Assembly: GCA_050950825.1 (NCBI GenBank)
Contig: JBMNIH010000006.1
Coordinates: 96,001 to 160,000 of the forward strand
Direction: 5' to 3'
DNA length: 64,000 nt
DNA from: Clostridia bacterium
GTDB taxonomy: Bacteria; Bacillota; Clostridia; JAAYHZ01
Under the pieces are notes generated by a model. It was given only the letters and a program-made list of their open reading frames with translations, did not search any database and was not told where the DNA came from. Position numbers and translations under genes: made by a program. Below, piece by piece: positions 26,816-38,100 of this stretch (positions within the stretch are counted from its first letter, which is position 1; each line of letters begins with the position of its first letter).

Positions 26816-29800
26816 TTAGGCTTCCCCGTTTATATATTCATAGCTTATCGGAATCCAAGCCGACATTCCTTCCTCTATTTCGTAAATGAATCCTTGGGTT
26901 TCGTCCTTCGGATCCTTTAAGGATCGGATCGGAGAGCTGTTGCCGATGTTAAGCCTTAATAAGCCGTCCTTTTGCTCGTATCCGAATATTTTAAAAGCGG
27001 AAACGGATTTTTCTCCGGTTTTAATGAATACATGGCGGTGCCGCTTCGGATCCTTCAAAAAGTCGGAAGGAGCTTCTCCGTTAAAGGAAATATCGATAAA
27101 ACATTCGGTTGTTATATCTTTCGTAAAGCTTGTAACCGTACCTTCGATTATTCCCGTCTTTTCCTTTATATTCAGCTGATCCCGGGTTCCTGCCGATGTT
27201 CCGCCGTCGGTAAAGGCATAGATTAATTGATTTTCTCTAAAACGCAAGATGCAAAAGCCTCCGCTTAACACCTTGTTTTCTTCAACGATGCAGCAGGTAT
27301 CGTAATCGTCGGACAATAGAACGTAATCCGTGTCGCCGTTTTTATGAAGAACCTTCACCGCGACGCCGTCGCCGGATAGGAATTGGGCATCCTTTACCGT
27401 ATGAACTTCTTGTATAAAATCCTCATTTGTCCATGAGGAGATGCAGGACAAGAAACGGTGCCTGCCTTGTAGTTCTTTTCTCAGGATGAAATAGTCCAGC
27501 TCCCTCATGTTCCCGATTTTATTGCGGGGAGGAATTCCCTTTGCCAGTGCGGCGGAATCGTAGGAAGACAGCACCCGCACATCCAAGCGGACATTCGGAT
27601 CCTTTCCTTCATGAACGTTCCAATTGTCTTGGATGTCCCACCGGATATGAAGAGGATTCGTGTTTGTTTGCAAATGCTTTACGTCCTTTAAATAATGGAA
27701 GCCGGAGCCGTCGTAAGGAGAATAGGGCTTGTTGTAATCCACGTTAGGATCTTTTGCATATTCCACATCTTCTCCGGCATAAGTTCCTTTTTCTTGGATT
27801 TTTACGATTCCGTCTTCGTTTCGGAACGACGCATCCCCTTTGCCGCCGTGGAGAAGATAATGGCAGGATCCTTCACCCTCTACCGTGAAGCAATCGATAA
27901 TATAGGATTTGCCTTCGCCGCAATATACCAAAGCGCAGCTTCGGTCGTAGCGAGATAGGTGAGGATACGAAGGAAGACCGTCCGCTCGAACATATCCTGC
28001 CACGGGTCCCGCAGCATAGCCTAAAAGATACCCTCCGTTATGTCTTTTTTGCACTTTGTCACAGAGCACGGTATTGTGGGAAACGGTATGGCTTTCCCAT
28101 TCTTTTCTTCTTCGGTTAAACCCGTCCGTATATTCCGGGTATCCCAGATCCGGCATCAAATCCAACCGATAATTGTAATAGCCGATGTTCAGCGTATCCG
28201 CATGGGCGTGGCCTAAGGTTCTGCCGTAATAGATGGTAAAGTACGGGTCGGCTTTGTCGTCTTTGCCTCTCACGGCCAATGCTCCGTGTCCGTAAGCGGG
28301 AAGAGAGGATCCGTACAGATACTCGTTTTCGCCGATTTTCGCCTTTTCCTCCAATTCCTTTTCCAATTCCCGGATGTTTCCTTCACACAGATCACGGAAC
28401 AAGCCCTTGGCGCTATTGCCGTTCAAACGCCATGCGGTATACGCCAAAGAAGGAGAAGAATAAACGGAGAAGAATTCTGCAATCAGATTTTCCAATTTTT
28501 CCGTTCCCGGATTTCCGCATTTGGCCGTATCTCCATGGTGGGGAATATACTCACGGTTTATAAACAGAGGGATATAGGAATAGGCCATCTTGATGAAACG
28601 GGGATGGAGGAAAAGGTCGTAAGCGGGATTCAAGCCCCGGTACAATCGCAGCATCTTCGCCATTTTTAGGAACATGGAAGGCCAAATGCTGTTGTACGTA
28701 GGAGACACTTCGTCACCAAAGCCGTCTCGGCTTACCCTGGAATACAAAAGGGGAAGAATGTTTCCGCCTTTTAAGGTCTCGGGAGGAAGAGACAGACCCT
28801 CTTTTTTATTGCTTCTGAAAATCCAATCGATCCATTCGTCGGCTTCCTCGCTTTTACCGGCCACTACCGCCGCTAAGGCCAAGGATTTTTCGTGCATGCC
28901 GGTATTTCCTGCATTTTCTTCATAAATGACGCCTTTATATACTTCTCGAACAATATTCGTGTAGATTCGATCCGATAAGGATTGGTTATCGAGCGACGGA
29001 TAGGAGATATTGTTTTCTCGGTACAAGCGGTTCAGTATGTTTACCGCTTCGGACCGGGGAATTAAAGGAACGAAGAGGTCCACGGCCTTTAAAATGGTTT
29101 CCGTAATACCCGGCTCGGAGATACAGCCTGCGATTTTGCCTTTTCCGGTGCCGCCGTCGTTGTTGTAGTAGGGCTTCCAGCCTTTAAAATCGGTAAGATG
29201 CATATCCGGATACACGTCGGCGATACGACTTAGGATAACAAGACCTATGTCGGCGCAGCGCATATCTCCCGTGTAAATATAGGCATCGGTGAGATAAGAA
29301 AGGGTGTTTAGGATAAAGGAAGTCCAAATGCCGAACAGGTTGTAATAGGCGGCAAAAGCCCAAACCTCGCCCCGGTCGTTGGTCCATCCGAATCCGTTGT
29401 CCGTAAAGCAGCCCGGATCCTTGTCGGGATACATTTCATTGACGAGGAATTTGGGATCCGCTTTTTCCGGGTCAAACATGCCGAAAGAATCCAACCCGCT
29501 TTTGTAATAGGATTTAAAGTCGTTGGAGGGGAAAACGGAGCGGCAATTGGGGCATTGGATTTTCCAATCAATGGAATCCGTGTTTATAATCCAAGAATAG
29601 ACGCCGAACCTTTCGGTCATTTCTTTTCCGCATACCGGACATTCTTTCTCGAAGTTGGTGTGAATGTTTCTCGGCAGCTTGCAGGATGTGACGGCAAACC
29701 AGTAGAATTCGGGTCCCTTTTCCAAGCATTTTTTCGCTTTGGATATGGCTTCTTTCGCTATATCCTTACCCCTTCCCGATTGAATATTCAGCCGAGCGTT

Positions 29801-29854
29801 ACGTATCTTTTCTTGTGTGTAATAATGTCCTCCGTAGCTTTTGGGTATACTCAT
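26816..29854 (-). CDS. heparinase II/III-like polysaccharide lyase-family protein with N-terminal CxxC pair
   Basis: GHAHADTLN, DLGYP, SHNTV motifs; CPVC and CPNC; no obvious signal peptide. Confidence 0.7.
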   Translation of the reverse strand: MSIPKSYGGHYYTQEKIRNARLNIQSGRGKDIAKEAISKAKKCLEKGPEFYWFAVTSCKLPRNIHTNFEKECPVCGKEMTERFGVYSWIINTDSIDWKIQCPNCRSVFPSNDFKSYYKSGLDSFGMFDPEKADPKFLVNEMYPDKDPGCFTDNGFGWTNDRGEVWAFAAYYNLFGIWTSFILNTLSYLTDAYIYTGDMRCADIGLVILSRIADVYPDMHLTDFKGWKPYYNNDGGTGKGKIAGCISEPGITETILKAVDLFVPLIPRSEAVNILNRLYRENNISYPSLDNQSLSDRIYTNIVREVYKGVIYEENAGNTGMHEKSLALAAVVAGKSEEADEWIDWIFRSNKKEGLSLPPETLKGGNILPLLYSRVSRDGFGDEVSPTYNSIWPSMFLKMAKMLRLYRGLNPAYDLFLHPRFIKMAYSYIPLFINREYIPHHGDTAKCGNPGTEKLENLIAEFFSVYSSPSLAYTAWRLNGNSAKGLFRDLCEGNIRELEKELEEKAKIGENEYLYGSSLPAYGHGALAVRGKDDKADPYFTIYYGRTLGHAHADTLNIGYYNYRLDLMPDLGYPEYTDGFNRRRKEWESHTVSHNTVLCDKVQKRHNGGYLLGYAAGPVAGYVRADGLPSYPHLSRYDRSCALVYCGEGKSYIIDCFTVEGEGSCHYLLHGGKGDASFRNEDGIVKIQEKGTYAGEDVEYAKDPNVDYNKPYSPYDGSGFHYLKDVKHLQTNTNPLHIRWDIQDNWNVHEGKDPNVRLDVRVLSSYDSAALAKGIPPRNKIGNMRELDYFILRKELQGRHRFLSCISSWTNEDFIQEVHTVKDAQFLSGDGVAVKVLHKNGDTDYVLLSDDYDTCCIVEENKVLSGGFCILRFRENQLIYAFTDGGTSAGTRDQLNIKEKTGIIEGTVTSFTKDITTECFIDISFNGEAPSDFLKDPKRHRHVFIKTGEKSVSAFKIFGYEQKDGLLRLNIGNSSPIRSLKDPKDETQGFIYEIEEGMSAWIPISYEYINGEA

Positions 29855-29875
29855 GCAAAACCTCCCTATAAATAA

Positions 29876-31147
29876 CTACAACGGCATACTGATAATGAAC
29901 TCGGTCCCTTCTCCGGGATTGCTGGTCATTTTTATATTTCCGTTGTATAAGTTTACGATGTGTTTGATGATAGACAAGCCTAAGCCGGTACCGCCTAAAT
30001 TACGGGACCTTCCTTTGTCTACTCGGTAGAAGCGCTCGAATATTCTCTTGTGGTGCTCCGTCGGAATGCCGATGCCGTTGTCTTTGACCTTGAGGATTAA
30101 GGTTTCGTTTTCGCGGTAGGCGTCCACCCAAATTTGACCGTTGTCTTTATTGTATTTGATGGCGTTGTCCACAAGATTCATAAGGAGCTGTTTGATACGG
30201 TTCGGATTTACCCGTACGTAGATGGTGTCGTCGATGTTTTCGTGTATGATAACGTTCTTTTGCTCCGCCGCCTTTTCCAATACGGGAAGGATATCAAGAA
30301 ACAACGTACGCAAATGGTAGTCGTTTAAATTCACGTCTTCTTTCATGGATTCGATTTCCGATAGCTGCAGGATGTCGTTGATCAAGGTGGATAACCGGTC
30401 GGCCTCGATATCGATGATGTCCAAGAACTGTTCGGCCACTTCCTTGTCGTTGATGGCGCCGGCACGAAGCGTTTCCACAAACCCTCGAATGGAGGTTAGA
30501 GGTGTTTTCAATTCGTGGGTTACGTTGGAGACGAATTCCGTTCGCATCTTTTCAAGCTTAATGATGTTGGTGACATCCTGAAGGGCCACGATAACGCCGG
30601 CTACCGTATCCTTGTTGTTCCGAGGATAAAGGGGAGTGACGGATACCTTGAAGATGAGGGGCTCCGGAAGATTCATCTTAATCTCTTCCGTTTTGGAGGA
30701 TCGATCCTCGAAAGTTTCTTCCACTAAACGGATGAGCCGGTCGTTTTGAAATATATCGGACAAGCTCGACCCGACGCAGTCCTTTTCCGACTTATGGACA
30801 TGACAATAGCAAGTCATGGCCGTATTGACGAAAAGAATCCTTTTGTCTTTATCCACAATTAATATGCCATAGTCGATGCTGTTTAATGCGGAAACGGCCC
30901 GATTGTATTTTTCCTTCATCCTTTGAATCCGTACATCGGATTCTCCCTTTAACCGGTTGTATTCATCATCCGCTTTTTTTGACAATAGACTTGAAATCCC
31001 GAAGCTTGCGGCGAAGCCGAACACGGTAAAAAGAATCAAAGGCAGATAATTCCCGGATTCTCGTGACATAATCCACAGGAAGAGGTCGGCAAACAGAACC
31101 ATGCTTGCCGTGTATAGGATTGTATGCGTAAAAATGTGCTTTTTCAT
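29876..31147 (-). CDS. phoR: PhoR-like sensor histidine kinase with PAS domain
   Basis: EFVSNVTHELKTPLTSIRGFVETL, NLVDNAIKYN, FERFYRVDKGRSR, GGTGLGL. Confidence 0.82.
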   Translation of the reverse strand: MKKHIFTHTILYTASMVLFADLFLWIMSRESGNYLPLILFTVFGFAASFGISSLLSKKADDEYNRLKGESDVRIQRMKEKYNRAVSALNSIDYGILIVDKDKRILFVNTAMTCYCHVHKSEKDCVGSSLSDIFQNDRLIRLVEETFEDRSSKTEEIKMNLPEPLIFKVSVTPLYPRNNKDTVAGVIVALQDVTNIIKLEKMRTEFVSNVTHELKTPLTSIRGFVETLRAGAINDKEVAEQFLDIIDIEADRLSTLINDILQLSEIESMKEDVNLNDYHLRTLFLDILPVLEKAAEQKNVIIHENIDDTIYVRVNPNRIKQLLMNLVDNAIKYNKDNGQIWVDAYRENETLILKVKDNGIGIPTEHHKRIFERFYRVDKGRSRNLGGTGLGLSIIKHIVNLYNGNIKMTSNPGEGTEFIISMPL

Positions 31148-31857
31148 ACCGATTCCGCTTTATCGTTAAATCGATATCCGACGCCCCTGACGGTTTCGAT
31201 ATATACGGGCCGGTTCGGATCGTCTTCGATTTTCTGCCTTAAATATCGAATGTGGACATCCACCGTTCGAGTTTCGCCGAAATAGTCGTATCCCCAAATT
31301 TTCTCCAGCAATGTTTCTCGAGTAAGAACCCGTCCTTTGTTGAGCATCAGCATTTTTAAAAGCTCGAACTCCTTTAAGGTCATTTCGATTAACGTACCGT
31401 TTTTATATACTTCTCTTCTTGTATCGTCGATGGTGATTTGACCGTGTTGAATCACATCCGGCTGCGGGGTGTTGTTTTCTCTTGATGTTCTTCGCAATAC
31501 GGCTTTGACGCGAGCGGTAAGCTCGATGACGCTAAAGGGCTTTACGATATAGTCGTCGGCTCCTAATTCCAAGCCTAAAACGCGGTCAAACTCTTCGCTT
31601 TTCGCCGTAAGCATAATGATGGGAATGTTATTGGTTTTCGGATTCTCTTTCAGCTTTCGGCAAACCTCCAAACCGTCAATCCCCGGAAGCATGATATCCA
31701 GAATGAACAAGTCGGGTAGGGCTTCCTTGCACTCTTCAAGAGCCGATTCGCCGTCGAAAAACGTGAGAACTTTATAGCCTGCAGACTCTAAATTGTATTG
31801 GACCAATTTCTGAATATTGACTTCGTCTTCAACGACATAGATTACTTCCTTCGACAT
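31144..31857 (-). CDS. phoP: PhoP/PhoB-like OmpR-family response regulator
   Basis: LDIMLP, LGLELGADDY, WGYDYFGETRTVDVHIRYLR; stop overlaps kinase start. Confidence 0.82.
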   Translation of the reverse strand: MSKEVIYVVEDEVNIQKLVQYNLESAGYKVLTFFDGESALEECKEALPDLFILDIMLPGIDGLEVCRKLKENPKTNNIPIIMLTAKSEEFDRVLGLELGADDYIVKPFSVIELTARVKAVLRRTSRENNTPQPDVIQHGQITIDDTRREVYKNGTLIEMTLKEFELLKMLMLNKGRVLTRETLLEKIWGYDYFGETRTVDVHIRYLRQKIEDDPNRPVYIETVRGVGYRFNDKAESV

Positions 31858-32079
31858 ACGATTCTCCTTATTCATTTAAATCCTGTTCCGACCGTGTTTT
31901 TGCCGGCATCTACAAGCTATATTATACCATTACCCGCAGGCTGTAAATTCATTATTTATAGAAATAATCGCATAAACCTTTGCTTGTTTTTCTTGAGTTG
32001 GCGAATTCCGACCGGTACAATGATAGTTGAAAAAATTAGCGAGAAGAAGGTGGCTTTTATGCCTACGGAAGGCATTGAA

Positions 32080-32886
32080 ATGTCCGTTACGGTGAGCAAA
32101 GAGGATATCGTAAAAGCATTTCGAGAAGCGGGAGTAAATGAAAAGGATACGATTCTGATTCATTCTTCTTTAAAAAGCTTCGGATACGTGGAAGGTGGTG
32201 CCATGAGCGTCATTGACGCCGCCAAGGAAGCGGTTACCGAAGAAGGAACGGTGGTGTTTCCCACGCTGGTGCAAAGGGATTTTGCCAATGCCTATAAAAA
32301 CTGGGACAAGGATAAATCTCCTTCCGACGTAGGATACATAACCGAGGTGTTCCGAAAGCTGCCGGGCTCTTACCGAAGCGACCAAGCTACCCACTCCGTT
32401 GCGGCTTGGGGGAAGAACGCCTTGGAGCTGGTGTCGGAGCATACGGCATACGGACCTCGACAAGGTGTCTTCGGAGATTACTGCTTTTCCTATTCGTCGC
32501 CTTGGCAAAAAATGTACTTTTTAGGCACTCGTATCGTGTTTATCGGGGTAAACACGGTATACAACACCTTTAAGCACTTTGCCGAATACAAGCTGGTCGA
32601 GTTTTATTTGAATTCCATTCCATGCGAGAAGAGAAAATGCATGGCCATGTCTAAAATTGCACGCCACAACATACCCGGAGTATGGCCTTTTCATGACGCC
32701 AACAAAACCGAAAAGGCCTTGGACGAAGCCGGTCTCATATCTTACGCAAAGTGCGGAAGGTCCTTGTTTACATCTATTAGAGCCGACGAGTATACGGATT
32801 TTGTATTGAAGCTTTTTAAAGAAAATCCGGATGAATGGTTCAATGAAAATTTTATTCGTTGGTTGGACGAATATGTTCGAGTATAA
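32080..32886 (+). CDS. AAC(3)-family (Antibiotic_NAT/YokD-like) N-acetyltransferase
   Basis: IHSSLKSFGYVEGG, VGYITEVFR, RSDQATHSVAAWG, NTFKHFAE; start uncertain (32059 or 32080). Confidence 0.82.
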   Translation: MSVTVSKEDIVKAFREAGVNEKDTILIHSSLKSFGYVEGGAMSVIDAAKEAVTEEGTVVFPTLVQRDFANAYKNWDKDKSPSDVGYITEVFRKLPGSYRSDQATHSVAAWGKNALELVSEHTAYGPRQGVFGDYCFSYSSPWQKMYFLGTRIVFIGVNTVYNTFKHFAEYKLVEFYLNSIPCEKRKCMAMSKIARHNIPGVWPFHDANKTEKALDEAGLISYAKCGRSLFTSIRADEYTDFVLKLFKENPDEWFNENFIRWLDEYVRV

Positions 32887-32912
32887 ATGCCAAAAAGAAG
32901 GAGGATACTTTC

Positions 32913-33812
32913 ATGTTTATTGACATTCACGCCCATGCCTATCGTAAGCCGGTTCCTTTTGTCGTGAAATTCTGTTCGGCGGAAGAACTGATTCAAACCT
33001 ATGATAAATTGGGAATTGAAAAAGGGGTTTTGCTTCCGATTGTCAGCCCTGAAATCTATTTCCCGCAAGCGAACGAAGATATTTTGGATATGGCGGAGCG
33101 GTATCCGGACCGGTTCATACCTTTTTGCAACGTGGATCCGAGAGCGTTGACCAATTCTCCGGAAGCCCCGTTGGACAAGGTCTTGTCCTATTACAAGGAA
33201 CGAGGCTGCAAAGGGATCGGCGAAGTCATGCCCAATTTGCCGGTGATGCACCCTATGGTGCAAAACCTGTTCCGACATGCGGAAAAAGTAGGGCTTCCCG
33301 TAATCTTCGACGGATCGGACCAGCTGACGGGAGATTTCGGGCTTTATGACGATCCCGGATTGCCGCAGCTAGAGCATACCCTGCAGCGATTTCCCAATTT
33401 GATTCTCTTCGGACACGGACCTTTATTCTGGTCGGAAATCGGAAGATTGGAGACGCCGGGAGAACGGTGCATTATCTTCAACCTCAAAGGCCATCAAGTG
33501 GGAAGGCTTCCCGAGGGTCCCATAAAGGAAGAAGGGGTCGTGCCGAAGCTGTTTCGAAGATATCCGAATCTCTACGGGGATTTGTCCGACTATACCGCGT
33601 ACAATGCCATTGCGAGAGACCCGGAATACGGCCCGAAATTCTTAACGGAATTCCAGGATCGGCTGTTCTTCGGAACGGATATGTGTTTTCCGGATATGCC
33701 GGTGCCTTTGATTGATTTGCTGAAGAGGTGGAGGGATGAAGGGAAAATCGGCGAGACGGTATTTTACAAGATCGCAAGAGGCAATGCGGAAAAATTGCTA
33801 GGGTTGATATAG
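32913..33812 (+). CDS. amidohydrolase_2 family metal-dependent hydrolase
   Basis: IDIHAH, GIGE, GHGP, YGDLS, FGTD. Confidence 0.85.
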   Translation: MFIDIHAHAYRKPVPFVVKFCSAEELIQTYDKLGIEKGVLLPIVSPEIYFPQANEDILDMAERYPDRFIPFCNVDPRALTNSPEAPLDKVLSYYKERGCKGIGEVMPNLPVMHPMVQNLFRHAEKVGLPVIFDGSDQLTGDFGLYDDPGLPQLEHTLQRFPNLILFGHGPLFWSEIGRLETPGERCIIFNLKGHQVGRLPEGPIKEEGVVPKLFRRYPNLYGDLSDYTAYNAIARDPEYGPKFLTEFQDRLFFGTDMCFPDMPVPLIDLLKRWRDEGKIGETVFYKIARGNAEKLLGLI

Positions 33813-33860
33813 AAAAAACCCCGATGACGGTAAAGAAAAATGTCGTCGGGGTCTTGTTTT

Positions 33861-34934
33861 TTAAAAGCTATCGATAATGCTTTTGTCCAAGTTTTTAACA
33901 ATGGCTACGGCCCATCGTACCGCTTCCACGTAATCCTTGTACGAGGAATAGTTGTAGTGGGTATGGGCGTAACGAACCGGAATACCGATTACGATAACGG
34001 GAATACCCGTGTTGGCCAAGTGAATGGCGCCGGCATTGGTACCGCCGCTTTCTCGAACCGCGTCTTGGAATACGATATTTTCTTTTTGAGCAATTTCCCT
34101 TGCAAATTTTACAAAGCGAGGATTGGAGATCATGGAAGGATCTCGGTGCCTTATCTGAGGACCTTTTCCCATGGACCCTTGCGCTATGGACGGGTCCGTA
34201 AATCCGTCGTCGGAAGGAGTGCCCTCAAAAACGATCGCCACATCCGGGTTTACGGTTCGAGCGGCAACTTGCGCACCTCTTAATCCCACTTCTTCTTGGG
34301 CCGTCAAGCAGCCTGCCAAATCCACCGAAAGCTCCGCATCTTGAAGCTGCATTAATGTGTCGATAACGCAAGCACAGCCGAGGCGGTCGTCAAAGGCCTT
34401 TCCCATCATCACGTTATTCACGGGATTGAATTCGAATGTAACGTCCGGAACTACGGGAGCACCGAGTTCGATTTTGAATTGATTCACTATTTCGTCCTTG
34501 CTTGTCGCTCCCACGTCGATGACCATATTGTTTATTTCAATTACCGTATTTTTATCCGAAGCGTTCATAAAATGAGGCGGTTTCGATGCCACAACCCCGC
34601 TTACGTAAACACCGTCGGCATTTCTTACTCGAACCTTATGGGCGCCTACGTTTTGCGAAAACCAGCCGCCGATGGGAAGGAATTTTAATGTACCGTCGCT
34701 TTTAATGGATTGGACCATAAAGCCGACTTCGTCGGAATGCCCGTCCAGCATAACGACCGGTCGATTCCCTTTATTGTTTTTCGGGTAGATGTATAGGTTT
34801 CGGATGGAATCTTCTTTCACATCCATGGAATTTCCTATATATTTTCTTGCCGTCTCCGACACTTGGTCTTCAAATCCCGAAATACCGTTGGCATTGCTTA
34901 AATCTTCGATGAGACGTAACGAATCCATATTCAT
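33861..34934 (-). CDS. M42 family aminopeptidase
   Basis: DGHSDEVG, KAFDDRLG, QEEVGLRGA, GGTNAG, RYAHT. Confidence 0.92.
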   Translation of the reverse strand: MNMDSLRLIEDLSNANGISGFEDQVSETARKYIGNSMDVKEDSIRNLYIYPKNNKGNRPVVMLDGHSDEVGFMVQSIKSDGTLKFLPIGGWFSQNVGAHKVRVRNADGVYVSGVVASKPPHFMNASDKNTVIEINNMVIDVGATSKDEIVNQFKIELGAPVVPDVTFEFNPVNNVMMGKAFDDRLGCACVIDTLMQLQDAELSVDLAGCLTAQEEVGLRGAQVAARTVNPDVAIVFEGTPSDDGFTDPSIAQGSMGKGPQIRHRDPSMISNPRFVKFAREIAQKENIVFQDAVRESGGTNAGAIHLANTGIPVIVIGIPVRYAHTHYNYSSYKDYVEAVRWAVAIVKNLDKSIIDSF

Positions 34935-35136
34935 ATGCTACCTCCCGGGAATGGAACTGTAATTGATTCTTTCTCATTATATCCCTATTTCCAAGAAAGT
35001 AAAAGCCGTTTTCAGCGGCTTTCGATCATGAAAATTGGCAACGGTATGATTAAAAAAGGGTTCTTTTGCACAACATATTGAAAGAATAACGAAAATAGGC
35101 AGGATAGAACCGTTTTGCAAAAAGGAGGACTTGTAA

Positions 35137-38100
35137 ATGCCTAAAAAAATGAAAATGATGGACGGGAACATGGCCGCTTCCCATGTTTCCTATGCCTTTA
35201 CCGAGGTTGCGGGGATCTATCCCATCACTCCTTCGTCCCCTATGGCGGAGACGGTGGACGAATGGGCGGCGGAAGGCCGAAAAAACATATTCGGACAGCC
35301 GGTCAAGGTCATCGAAATGCAGTCGGAAGCGGGAGCGGCCGGGGTGGTACACGGCTCTCTTGCCGCAGGCGCTCTTACCACCACCTATACCGCATCCCAA
35401 GGGCTGCTTTTAATGATTCCCAATATGTATAAAATAGCGGGGGAGCTTTTACCCGGTGTTTTTCATGTCAGTGCTCGGGCGCTTGCTTCCCATGCGTTGT
35501 CCATATTCGGAGACCACCAGGATGTTATGGCCTGCAGAGAAACCGGGGTGACCATGCTGGCCTCCTCCAACGTGCAGGAGGTCATGGACTTAGGCGCCGT
35601 CGCCCATTTGGCGGCCATATCGTCAAGTATTCCGGTTTTACACTTTTTTGACGGATTCCGAACATCCCACGAATACCAAAAAATCGAGCCCTTGAATTAC
35701 GAGGATTTGGCTCGTTTGGTCGATTATGAAGCCCTTGAAAGATTCCGAAGCCGCTCATTAAATCCCAATCGGCCGATATTGAGAGGGACGGCGCAAAATC
35801 CGGATATCTTCTTCCAGAATCGTGAGGCTTCCAATCGGATTTATGAAAAAGTACCGGATACGGTTTTAAGGTATATGCAGGAAATCAATAAACTAACCGG
35901 ACGCGATTACAAGCCTTTCAACTATTACGGTGCCGAGGATGCGGAATATGTCATCGTAGCCATGGGTTCGGTATGCGATACCATACAAGAGACCGTAGAC
36001 TATTTAAACGAACAAGGAGAAAAAACCGGGGCTATCTTCGTTCATTTGTACCGCCCCTTCCATGCTCCGTTTTTCTTTGACGTGCTGCCGAAAACGGTAA
36101 AGAGAATCGCCGTTTTGGATCGAACCAAAGAGCCCGGAGCCCCCGGAGAGCCCTTGTATTTGGATGTGGTGAGTTTGTTTTATCAAGTCGAAAACAAACC
36201 GGAGATTTTTCGAGGACGCTACGGTTTAGGCTCGAAGGACACACGACCTTCCCAAATTGTTGCCGTATTTGAAAACCTGAAAAAAGACACGCCCAAGGAC
36301 GGGTTCACTATCGGTATTGTCGATGATGTCACCTTTACCTCTTTGGAAGAAAAGGAGGATATCGAAACCACGCCGAAAGGAACGGTCAGCTGTAAATTCT
36401 GGGGATTGGGCTCCGACGGAACCGTAGGTGCCAACAAAACGGCGGTGAAGATTATCGGGGACAAGACGGACCTTTACGCCCAAGCTTATTTCTCCTATGA
36501 CAGCAAAAAGTCCGGAGGGTCCACGGTCTCCCATTTGCGTTTCGGTCCGAAGCCCTTGCGGTCCCCCTATTTGGTATACAACGCCGATTATATCGCTTGC
36601 CACAATCCGTCCTTTGTCAATCAAATGGATTTGGTGAAAGGCTTGAAAAAGAACGGCACCTTCGTTTTGAATTGTCCTTGGACGGTTTCCGAGCTGGAAG
36701 AAAAGCTTCCCGCCTCCTTGAAAAGATACTTGGCACGGAACAACATCCAATTTCATATCATCGATGCCATCTCCATTGCGGGAGAAGTGGGGCTGGGGAA
36801 TCGAATCAATATGGTGATGCAGAGCGTTTTCTTTAAGCTTGCCAATGTGATCCCCACGGATCAAGCCATCGCCTACTTGAAAGAGTCGGTAGAGCAGATG
36901 TACGGAAGCAAAGGCGAAAAAATCGTTCAAATGAATATCCAAGCCATCGACCGATCCTTGGAAAGACTCTACAAAGTGACGGTTCCGGAGGAATGGGCTT
37001 ATGCAGAGGATCCGCCAAAAGAAGAAAAAGAGGAGCCGGAATTCATTAAGAAAATTGCTCGGCCTATGGCAAGACACGAAGGAGACGAGCTTCCGGTCAG
37101 TGCCTTCATCGGAATGGAGGACGGAAGCTTCCCCACAGGAACCACTTCATACGAAAAAAGAGGAATCGCGGTGTTTATACCCGAGTGGCAAATCGACAAT
37201 TGCATCCAATGTAACCAATGCGCCTACATTTGTCCTCACGCCGTCATACGACCTCTTCTTTTGACCCAAGAGGAAAACGACCGGGCGCCGGAAGGATTTT
37301 TGACGCTGAAGGGCAAAGGAAAGGGCTTGGACTCATACTATTACCGCATTCAAATCAGCCCCTTGGACTGCACCGGATGCGGTAACTGTGCCGATATTTG
37401 CCCGGCTCCGACGAAAGCCTTGATCATGAAAGACGCGGAAGAACAAATCCGAAAGCAAGCGGACCTTTGGGAATACGGGCTGAAGGTAACGGAGAAAACG
37501 GGAGTCGTTCCCGTTCATACGGTAAAGGGCAGCCAGTTCTCAAGACCCTTGTTCGAGTTTCACGGCGCTTGCCCCGGATGCGGCGAAACCCCGTATATTA
37601 AGCTTATTACCCAGTTGTTCGGAGACCGTATGATCATCGCCAATGCCACCGGCTGCTCTTCCATCTACGGAGGAAGCGCACCCTCCATTCCCTATACGGT
37701 CAACAAGCAGGGGAAAGGCCCCGCATGGGGGAACTCCTTGTTTGAAGACAATGCGGAATACGGCTACGGTATGTTCTTAGGTACGAAGGCTTTAAGAGAG
37801 CGTATCGCGGATCTTATGGAAAAAGCCATCGAAGAAGGGACGGAAAGCGCTGTCGCCGAAGTTTTCCGCGAATGGATCGAAAACATGGATGACGGAGAAG
37901 AAACAAAACGACTGGCCCCGAAAATCTTAAGCATATTGGAGGATCCTTCCGAATCCGATCGTGAAACCTTCCGAGAGATTTATAAACTGAAGGATTACTT
38001 GATCAAACCCTCCCCGTGGATTATCGGCGGAGACGGTTGGGCTTACGATATCGGATACGGAGGGTTGGACCACGTTTTGGCGACGGGAGACGACGTAAAC

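Noticed and set aside
32080-32886. AAC(3) gene as an acquired aminoglycoside resistance determinant
   Set aside because: Host-like composition, operonic with an amidohydrolase and no mobile context; the family includes non-resistance members such as YokD
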